64,000 nucleotides of DNA, taken from the NCBI GenBank assembly GCA_963732385.1, contig CAVSZB010000005.1, forward strand, positions 236,790 through 300,789. The letters run 5' to 3'. Position numbers and translations under genes: made by a program. The notes beneath the pieces were generated by a model, which was not told the DNA's origin, made no database searches, and worked only from the letters and a program-made list of their open reading frames with translations. This stretch comes from an uncultured bacterium. GTDB taxonomy: Bacteria > Krumholzibacteriota > Krumholzibacteriia > LZORAL124-64-63. Positions 17,699-25,363 of this stretch are shown piece after piece. How positions within the stretch are numbered: the stretch's first letter is position 1; each line of letters starts with the position of its first letter.

Positions 17699-19837
17699 TC
17701 ACGGCCCGCGGGTGATATCCATGACCAGGCCGGGGAGGCCTGCGTAGGTGTCGAAGACCCCGATGGCGAGCGGCTGCCACTCGCGCGAGAGCGCCAAAAC
17801 GTTCAGGCCGCGGCAGGTGAACGCCTCGTCGCGTCCGTCGAGGCGAATGCTCACGTAATTGCCATGGAACAGGCCGGCGGAAGCGACCTCGAGAGAGCGC
17901 GGACAGGCGACCTCGCCGAGGCGGGCGCCGGCTGCGAAGCTCGCCGTGACCGGCCCGCCGTTGTTCACCTCGTCCCACACGACGCGACCGTCGACGCACA
18001 CGGCGGCGTACGACCCGCGGTACGCAAGCTCATTGATGGTCGCTCCCATGTCACTCAGCAGCTGCCGTGCCGACGCCGGAAACTTCTCGGTGGCCTCGTC
18101 CCGTACGGCCAACACCAGGACATCGGCGCGGTGCTCGGCCAGGAAGGTTGTGAGTTCGCACTGGCGAGGATTTAAGTAGGCGGCGGCGCCCGCCAGGGGG
18201 TGGGAACTGTGCAGACATACCCGATAGCCATCGAGGTTGTAGCCGCGAAATTCCCGTCCGACGTGACTGAATATTACCGGGAATTCGCTGTCGCGAATGA
18301 TGTAGAGCAGATTCGGATCCAGTTCGCCACGCTCGACATCGCGACGCCACATGTCGGCGACCTGGTTCCCCCTCACGCCGGGACTGCGCGCCACATAGAC
18401 GGCACTGACCGGCTTGCCCGCCTCCACCGCCGGTAGCGCGATATCCTCGAAATCGGCCGCGTACTGGGTGCTGTGCAGGAACGGCGGATAGGTGAAGACG
18501 CCTGCGGTCACGGCGAAAGCCTCCTGCCAGGCCTGGTCGCGCAGGCGGGACACGTGGTGGCGCGCGGACAGCGCCGCGCGATGTTCAAGCCACGGCGAAA
18601 TGTCCGCCAGTTGCACCGCCACGACGAGAACCAGCCACGCCGTCAGCATCCGTGCTGGAATCGCGCGGGCCAGCGACCACAAAGCGAACGCAGTGCCTGC
18701 ATAGACCAGCGGCCAAACGAAACGTCCACTCGAACGGAACGCCCGGCTCAACGGCCCGATTGGCGCCAGCACGTTCATCTTCAACAGATAGTGGTCGCTC
18801 CAGGCGATCTTGTTGGAGAGCGCGAACACGACGCAACCGACCACGACCACCAGCAGCGGCCAATGCCGCTTCGCGCGGAGCCACCAACCCCCGCTCGAGA
18901 ATAGCGCGCACAGCGCAAGCGCCCAGGTACTGAGCAGCCCCAGTCCGAGATAGGCGAAGCCCTCCCACTGGGCGCCGTCGACGTACGGCAGGGACTTCAG
19001 GAAGCGGCTGCGACCGGCGGGGTTGAAGAGCGAGTTCAGGTTGAGCGAGTACAGACCGTAGCCGCCGACCGCTTCGTTGATGCCCGAGCCATAGACGAAC
19101 ATGCCGGAAATCCACCATGCCAACAGTACGCCGCCGGCGCACAGGCCGACAGCCACCAACGCACGCCACCAAATAATAGCGCGCGTCACGAGAACCTCGC
19201 GGACAGACCACGCCGCGGCAACAACCAGCACCATGGCCAGTAGATATGGATGAATCATGGTCGTTGCCAAGATCAGCAACACCCACCGAAACGAATTTCG
19301 GCGCGACGACGGACCAGCGTAGAGCGCCAGCGCCAGCAGCAGGAGGCCGTGCGCGGACAGAGCGATGTGCGCCCAGCGGTCGCAGAACGCCGGCATCAGC
19401 AGAAAGAGCAATGAACCGAGCCCGCGCTGGACGCGATCGCGGAGGATCCGCCCCAGCAGAAGCCAGGCCGCAACGGCCTGCAGAACATGGGCAACCAGGA
19501 GCCACGCACCGAGGTACTGCCACGGCCGCGAGATCCATGCGAAGAGCAGCTTGGCGGGAATCGCTACCAGCGGGATGCCGTCCACGAGCGGGATGGACGA
19601 CCCCAGCGGCGCGCCGTAGCCGCGGATCATGCCCAGCGGAAAACCCCAAGGCTCGGTCTGGAAGGAGCGCCAGGCGAGCTGGGTCATGGCAGTGTCGCCG
19701 CCACCGAAGCACCACTGAATGCTTGCAGGATTCAGGACATTCCAGCCGAACCGCCAATAGAAGAGCAGCGCACCAGCAAAACCCATGGCGACGAGTGCAA
19801 GGCGGTCGGGGGAAACAACGGGTCGTGTCAGGATCCT
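17699..19837 (-). CDS. Large polytopic membrane protein (GT-C-like / DUF6311-like) with a C-terminal soluble domain
   Basis: About 12 hydrophobic segments occupy the first ~480 aa, followed by a ~230-aa soluble tail. The first loop reads WCFGGGDTAMTQLAWRSFQTEPWGFPLG. The probable start is GTG 19837 (AGGGAGG upstream); the maximal ORF reaches 19918. Confidence 0.55.
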   Translation of the reverse strand, partial: RILTRPVVSPDRLALVAMGFAGALLFYWRFGWNVLNPASIQWCFGGGDTAMTQLAWRSFQTEPWGFPLGMIRGYGAPLGSSIPLVDGIPLVAIPAKLLFAWISRPWQYLGAWLLVAHVLQAVAAWLLLGRILRDRVQRGLGSLLFLLMPAFCDRWAHIALSAHGLLLLALALYAGPSSRRNSFRWVLLILATTMIHPYLLAMVLVVAAAWSVREVLVTRAIIWWRALVAVGLCAGGVLLAWWISGMFVYGSGINEAVGGYGLYSLNLNSLFNPAGRSRFLKSLPYVDGAQWEGFAYLGLGLLSTWALALCALFSSGGWWLRAKRHWPLLVVVVGCVVFALSNKIAWSDHYLLKMNVLAPIGPLSRAFRSSGRFVWPLVYAGTAFALWSLARAIPARMLTAWLVLVVAVQLADISPWLEHRAALSARHHVSRLRDQAWQEAFAVTAGVFTYPPFLHSTQYAADFEDIALPAVEAGKPVSAVYVARSPGVRGNQVADMWRRDVERGELDPNLLYIIRDSEFPVIFSHVGREFRGYNLDGYRVCLHSSHPLAGAAAYLNPRQCELTTFLAEHRADVLVLAVRDEATEKFPASARQLLSDMGATINELAYRGSYAAVCVDGRVVWDEVNNGGPVTASFAAGARLGEVACPRSLEVASAGLFHGNYVSIRLDGRDEAFTCRGLNVLALSREWQPLAIGVFDTYAGLPGLVMDITRGP

Positions 19838-19996
19838 CACCGGCGGGCGCCTCCCTGCGGTCAAACCAATCGCAACAACCGAAAACTCCGTCCTGTTTCT
19901 CCCGGAATCCCCGTTCACCCTGCCCGCGTGGCAGCTACGGTGAATTGAACATAACAGTTCTCCATGCTGAAACTACTCCTGCGCGCCTGCCGGCGC

Positions 19997-22900
19997 CTAC
20001 TTCACCAGCGTCATGCGCTTCGTGTCGTTGAACGACCCCGCTTCCAGCCGGCAGAAGTACACGCCAGCCGCCACGCTCCGGCCGGTGTCGTCGCGACCTG
20101 ACCAGACACTCTCCCGGCGGCCCGCCTCGGCCCATTCGCCGCTCACGAGCGTGCGCAGCAGCCGGCCCGACAGGTCGAAGACCTTCAGGCTGACCCTGGC
20201 CGGAGCAGGCAGATCGTAGCGGATCGTGGTGACCGGATTGAACGGATTGGGCACGCACTGGTGGAGCGCGAAATTCGTCGGCAGGGTTTCGGGTACTGCC
20301 GTCACCTGATCCACCACCGCCGCCGCGCTCTCGTTGCCGGCATGGTCGGACGCCGTCAGCAGGAAGTAGCCGTGCGGGAATTCCGCCACGTTCAGGCTGG
20401 TGCCGATCGTGTGATCGATCAGGACCGCGGTTTCGTCGAGGTGGTCGACCGCCGAACCGTAGACGGTGTAGTACTGGAAGTCCGGTTCGGGCGAGGAGGC
20501 CCAGACCAGGAGCGAATTCGCGTCCATCTGGAACCCGCCCGGCACGGCCGGCGCGATGTTGTCCACCGAGTAGCCGCTGTCGGGCGGGCTGGCGAACCAG
20601 ACCGCCGGCGTGGTCGTGTGGGCCGTGACCAGATAGACGGCGTAGGGGAGGCCGGCGGCCGAAGAGTCGGCGAAGGTCCGCGCGGGGAAGAGGTACCGGT
20701 CCTGCTGCATCGCGGCCAGGCTGCCCAGCACCTCCCAGGTCCCGGGCGGGATCCCCGCCGCCTCGAGAGCGAGGTCAGAGACCACAAACTTCCGCTCGCC
20801 GACCGGCAGCACCGGCATCCCGGTGGACGCCTCCGCGACGGCGGCCGGCAGCTTGTCGCCGGCAACCCCGGCCACCCCGATCGTTTTCAACAAGGCCGGG
20901 TCGTCCACGCGGCGCAACACGTTGTAGGTCTGGATGGGCCAGGCGGCCTCGTCGGCGAAATCGTACCCGGAGCGGCTGAAGGTGAGCCGGACCTCGCCCC
21001 CCTGGTCGGCCGGCAGATCGGCGACCGAGGTGATGACCGCGCTGTCGTGCAGCCACTCCAGATCCAGCAGCGAGCAGGTGGGATTGACCATGGCGGCGGC
21101 ATCCAGGTACCGATGCTTGCTCTGCCAGAGCAGGAAGGTGCCGGAGGCGTCGAATGTCCGCCACTCTCCGTCGGGCAGGAACGCCTGCCAGTCGGCGCCG
21201 TCGTCCGCGCTGAGCGCCCAGGCGATCGAATCGGTCTGCACGGTCGAAAGCCGAGCGCGAACGATCGGCAGGTCGTGTTGATTCACGGCCAGCGAACGCC
21301 CCGTGTCGCGGCTCGTGTCGAGGAGGCGCTGGAACACCTGCACGACCTGCAGCCCGCCCAGCTGATCCGCCACGAACGCCTGGTCGCCCGACACCGCGAC
21401 GCCGAGCGCCTGGCCCGGCGTGTCGAAGCTCCCCAGCCACATCGGATCCTGGGGGTTGGAAATGTCGAAGACCTCCAGGCCCGCGTAGGAGGAGGCCACG
21501 AAAGCATACCTTCCTGCGACGGTGATGTCGTAGGCCGAGGAGGCTGTGGCGTGGCTGCCAGCGTACACCGGCAGGGCCGGATCGGAGACGTCGATCACGA
21601 CGATCCCGCCCCCTTCGTCCGCGACGTACGCATAACGGCCCGCGACGGCCACCTTCCTGGCGATTCCCGCAGTATTGAAGGTCCCGGTCAGGGCAGGATG
21701 CTTGGGATCGGAGACGTCGATCACCAGGAGGCCCGAGGAGCCGTCCGCGACGTAGGCGAAGCGGCCGGCGAGGGCAACGCCGACGGCGGATCCCGGGGTG
21801 TTGTAAGTTCCGGCCAGGGCGGGATGCGCCGGGTCCGAGACATCGACCACCTGGAGGCCCGAAGACATGTCGGCGACGAAGGCGTACTTTCCCGAGACGG
21901 CAACGCACTGGGCGTTGGTCGGGCTATCGTAGGTTCCCGACAGGGTGGGGTTCGCCGGATCCGCCACATCGATCACCAGAAGGCCGGACGTGTAGCCGGC
22001 GACGTACGCGTGGTTGCCCGCCACCGTCACCCCGTAGGCGAAGGTGGGGACGGCGCAATGCCCGGCCAGGACGGGCTGCGACGGATCGGTCACGTCGAGC
22101 ACCTGGAGACCGTTGGCGTAGTCGGCCACGTAGGCGTAATTGCCCGAGACGGTCACGCCGGCGGTGGAAGAGGAGGTCGGGTAGCTGCCGGCCGGAGCCG
22201 GTGGCGTCGGGTTGGCGATCCTGACCACCTGCAGGCCGGTAGTGCCACCTGCCACGACGGCGACATCCCCCTCGACCGCCACGCCGAACGCCTCGCCCGG
22301 CAGGGAGCAGGTGTCGTAGAGGGCGGGGTGCGCCGGATCGGCGATGTCCACGACCTGCAGGCCCGAGCCGGGAACCGTCACATAGGCGTAGCGCCCCGCG
22401 ACGGCGACCCCACGCTCGACCGACGGGTAGGGGAGGGTGTAGCTGCCCGCGTGAGCGGGGTTCCCGGGGTCGGACAGATCGATGATCTCGAAGCCGGAAA
22501 GGGCAATGAAGGGGCTTCCCACGAGGGCGTAGTGCCCGGCCATGACCACTTCGGAGGCGAATCCCGCCGGGTACGAACTGACCAGCCTGACGGCTGAGCG
22601 CACGATCGTGCCGTTATAGCCCACGACCGTACCGGTGTTCTTGTCGGAGAAATCAACGCCCGTCAGAGCATTGCCGGTGCCGCTGTCCTGCAGGACCCAG
22701 TCGGCCCCGCCGTTGGTCGTCCGCAGGATCGAGCCTAAGGCGCCCACGGCGGTGCCCGTGTTTACGTCGGCGAAGTCGACGGTGTAGAGCCAGTTGGTGG
22801 TGCCGCTGGTCTGGGGCACCCACGAGGCCCCGCCGTTGGTCGTCCGCAGGATCAGGCCGTTGTTCCCGACGACGGTGCCGACAGTCGAGTTCACGAACGA

Positions 22901-24115
22901 AACCCCGTAGAGCACATCCGCCGTGCCGCTGGTCTGAGGCGTCCAGGTGGCGCCGCCGTTCGTCGTCCGCACGATCGTGCCGATATTACCCACGGCCGTG
23001 CCGGTGTTCAGATCGGTGAAGGAGAGCCTGTAGAGGAATTCGGTCGTGCCGCTGGTCTGGGGCGCCCAGGAGGCCCCGCCATTCGTTGTCCGCAGGATCG
23101 TGCCGCTCCCTCCCACTGCGGTTCCCGTGTATGTGTTGACGAACCACACATCCATCAGGTCTTTGGTAGTGCCGCTGTTCTGGGGCGTCCAGGAGGCGCC
23201 GCCGTCCGTCGTCCGCAGGATGAGGCCCCCCACCCCCACCGCGGTGCCCGTATTCGCGTCCGAGAACCAGACGCCGTTCAACTGGAACGCGGTGCCACTG
23301 GTCTGGGGCGTCCAGGTGACCCCGCCGTCGATCGTGCGCAGGATCGTGCCGGTCCGCCCCACCGCCGTGCCGGTGTTGGCGTCCCTGAAATGCACGTCCG
23401 TGAGGTATTCGCTCGTGCCGCTGGTCTGGAGGGTCCACCGGGGCGCTTCGAGCACCTGCAGGCCGCCGCTCCAGTCCGCCACGCAGATCAGCTGCCCGAA
23501 GAGGGCGACCTTGAAGGCGTTGCCCGGAGTATCGTAGCTCCACGCGAAGGTGGGGCTGGCGGGGTTCCGGATGTCGATCACCTGGAGGCCGGAGAAGCCG
23601 TCGGCCACATAGGCGAGATGCCCGGCCACGACCACGCCCTGGGCCGAGCCGGGAGTATCGTAGGTCCCCACGATCACCGGATTCGCGGGGTCGGAGACGT
23701 CGATCACCTGCAGACCGAGCCCGCCGTCGGCCACGCAGGCGAAATTCCCCCAGGCCGCGACATCCTCGCGCCCGCCCGGCGTGCTGCAGGTTCCCACGAG
23801 CGCGGGGGCCGCCGGGTCGGAGAGGTCCACGACCAGCAGCCCGGCGGCGGTGTCGAGCACGTAGGCGTAATTCCCCGCGAACGCGACCTTGACGGCGGTG
23901 CCGGGGGTTGCATACGCCCCGGCGACCGTCAACGCGAACGGGGGCAGCCGCAGCTCGCACGCCACCGTGTCCCATCTGGCGGTGGTGTTGAGCGGGTCGC
24001 GGTACTGCCGGGTGGAGAAGTCCTCCAGGTAGCGGACCTGGCCCGCAGCGGCGGCGCCGGCGCAAAGCAACGCCGTGAGCAGAAAGAGCAATCTGGTCGA
24101 TGGAATGGTTTTCAT
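19997..24115 (-). CDS. Giant secreted protein: LVIVD repeats interrupted by a 7-blade BNR/Ycf48-like propeller, with a C-terminal FlgD-Ig/T9SS-like domain
   Basis: Signal peptide MKTIPSTRLLFLLTALLCAGAAAA (ATG 24115). There are many units of the type YAYVAD..GLQVIDVSDPA.P. Seven units of the type GTILRTTNGGASWTPQTSGT are also present. The tail reads VPNPFNPVTTIRYDLPAPARVSLKVFDLSGRLLRTL...GVYFCRL. Confidence 0.8.
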   Translation of the reverse strand: MKTIPSTRLLFLLTALLCAGAAAAGQVRYLEDFSTRQYRDPLNTTARWDTVACELRLPPFALTVAGAYATPGTAVKVAFAGNYAYVLDTAAGLLVVDLSDPAAPALVGTCSTPGGREDVAAWGNFACVADGGLGLQVIDVSDPANPVIVGTYDTPGSAQGVVVAGHLAYVADGFSGLQVIDIRNPASPTFAWSYDTPGNAFKVALFGQLICVADWSGGLQVLEAPRWTLQTSGTSEYLTDVHFRDANTGTAVGRTGTILRTIDGGVTWTPQTSGTAFQLNGVWFSDANTGTAVGVGGLILRTTDGGASWTPQNSGTTKDLMDVWFVNTYTGTAVGGSGTILRTTNGGASWAPQTSGTTEFLYRLSFTDLNTGTAVGNIGTIVRTTNGGATWTPQTSGTADVLYGVSFVNSTVGTVVGNNGLILRTTNGGASWVPQTSGTTNWLYTVDFADVNTGTAVGALGSILRTTNGGADWVLQDSGTGNALTGVDFSDKNTGTVVGYNGTIVRSAVRLVSSYPAGFASEVVMAGHYALVGSPFIALSGFEIIDLSDPGNPAHAGSYTLPYPSVERGVAVAGRYAYVTVPGSGLQVVDIADPAHPALYDTCSLPGEAFGVAVEGDVAVVAGGTTGLQVVRIANPTPPAPAGSYPTSSSTAGVTVSGNYAYVADYANGLQVLDVTDPSQPVLAGHCAVPTFAYGVTVAGNHAYVAGYTSGLLVIDVADPANPTLSGTYDSPTNAQCVAVSGKYAFVADMSSGLQVVDVSDPAHPALAGTYNTPGSAVGVALAGRFAYVADGSSGLLVIDVSDPKHPALTGTFNTAGIARKVAVAGRYAYVADEGGGIVVIDVSDPALPVYAGSHATASSAYDITVAGRYAFVASSYAGLEVFDISNPQDPMWLGSFDTPGQALGVAVSGDQAFVADQLGGLQVVQVFQRLLDTSRDTGRSLAVNQHDLPIVRARLSTVQTDSIAWALSADDGADWQAFLPDGEWRTFDASGTFLLWQSKHRYLDAAAMVNPTCSLLDLEWLHDSAVITSVADLPADQGGEVRLTFSRSGYDFADEAAWPIQTYNVLRRVDDPALLKTIGVAGVAGDKLPAAVAEASTGMPVLPVGERKFVVSDLALEAAGIPPGTWEVLGSLAAMQQDRYLFPARTFADSSAAGLPYAVYLVTAHTTTPAVWFASPPDSGYSVDNIAPAVPGGFQMDANSLLVWASSPEPDFQYYTVYGSAVDHLDETAVLIDHTIGTSLNVAEFPHGYFLLTASDHAGNESAAAVVDQVTAVPETLPTNFALHQCVPNPFNPVTTIRYDLPAPARVSLKVFDLSGRLLRTLVSGEWAEAGRRESVWSGRDDTGRSVAAGVYFCRLEAGSFNDTKRMTLVK
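22600..23440 (-). repeat. About 7 tandem 123-nt (41-aa) coding repeats (BNR/Ycf48-like blades) inside the giant protein gene
   Basis: The core ccgccgttggtcgtccgcaggatc recurs on the plus strand near 22712, 22832, 22955, 23078, 23201 and 23324, a period of about 120-123 nt. Confidence 0.7.
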
Positions 24116-24475
24116 GACCCCCCCATGGATTCGGCACGCAACTGACGGGAGCCGGTTCCCAGATGGCTCCCGCCGGGCCGGTCGCCCGGGATCCGGATCA
24201 TCCGGGTGGTCCCCGCGCCAATGTGGGGGGATGGCAAGCCTTGTCGGTCCTCTCCCCCTTGCCCCGCCGACCTCCCTCCAGGTCGTTGGAAAATTGTACC
24301 CCAGTTGCAGTCCGCGCGTCGAGCCGGCCACCGCCGGTTCGCGGCCGGCCCGTCCCGAACACCTTGATTCAGCAGGGACTTCCGTCGACGATTGCCTCAG
24401 GTCCCTGGCTCCGTCGGCGCTGCGCCCGGCGCGAGGGAAAGCGGACAGGCTGGTCAATATCTCCAGAAATGGCAG

Positions 24476-24528
24476 TCAGAAACGAAACCACGCCAATTCT
24501 CCAACCGACGGTTGGGGAATTGGCGTGG
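24476..24528 (-). terminator. Strong intrinsic terminator (19-bp stem, 3-nt loop, U-rich tail)
   Basis: ccacgccaattctccaacc (24488-24506) pairs with ggttggggaattggcgtgg (24510-24528) with one mismatch or wobble. The minus strand continues TTTCGTTTCT. It lies 23 nt after the stop at 24551. Confidence 0.6.
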
Positions 24529-24550
24529 ACAACCCGACGGTCGCTGCGCC

Positions 24551-25024
24551 TCAGCGCGCCGCGTCCGCCTGTTTGGCGTCGAGCAGCCGCTGCGCCTCGG
24601 CGAAGGCCTGCTCGAGCGACGCGGACGGTGCGGCGCCAGGACCCGCGGCGACCACCTGGCGCAGCGAATGCGTCCCCGCCAGCGCCACATCGGTTATGTG
24701 GTCACGGACCAGCCGGTCGATCGTCGCCACCTCCCGCTCCAGGTCGCAGGACGGGTAGAGGAAGCGGAATTCCATGGCCGCGCGCTGCAGGCGCGCCAGC
24801 GCCACCCCGGCGTCGCCCTGATTCGGATCGGCAAGCGCACCGCCGAGCAGGTCGAGATCATCGACCAGGATGTCCGCCGGATTGTTCTCGCGCAGCGTCT
24901 CGACGAGGAGCCGGCAGTCCCGACGCGCCGCCGACACCGCCATCGAATTCCCCTCGACGCCGGCCTGCTCCAACCGTCCCAGCGCCTCCTGCAGCGCCAC
25001 CGCCCCCCGCCGCAGATACCGCAT
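24551..25024 (-). CDS. Hypothetical protein, possibly the 3' part of a gene interrupted by an in-frame TAG
   Basis: 157-aa ORF. A 55-codon signal-peptide ORF (25073..25237, MLKLLLCAVVCAGAQD...) lies in the same frame, separated only by TAG at 25070-25072. Confidence 0.45.
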   Translation of the reverse strand: MRYLRRGAVALQEALGRLEQAGVEGNSMAVSAARRDCRLLVETLRENNPADILVDDLDLLGGALADPNQGDAGVALARLQRAAMEFRFLYPSCDLEREVATIDRLVRDHITDVALAGTHSLRQVVAAGPGAAPSASLEQAFAEAQRLLDAKQADAAR

Positions 25025-25363
25025 CGCCGCGTTCCCCGCCTGCCGCGTCCCCTCCGGCGCCTCTTCGAACTACCCGAGCCCCGGTATCCCGACCGCCGGC
25101 ACATTCGACAACTGCGGCACCCGCATCACCTCCCCCGGTTCCGGCACTGGCGGCCCCGAATGCGCATCGACCCGTTTCTCGGTCACGGAATCCTGAGCCC
25201 CGGCGCAAACCACGGCGCACAGGAGTAGTTTCAGCATCGAGCGCCATGTTATGATCAGTCACCCGTAGCTGCCATCCCCGCAGGACCGACGGAGCTTCCA
25301 GCAGGGACAGGACTATCGGTTCCGCGCAGGGGACCGCTGAGCTTTGCAGAAAGCAGGGAGCCC

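Noticed and set aside
24293-24298. TACAAT -10-like hexamer (minus strand) with an upstream TCGACG, as a promoter for the giant LVIVD gene.
   Set aside because: The match is weak (no good -35 element, spacing ambiguous) and such hexamers occur by chance. It was left out of the feature list.
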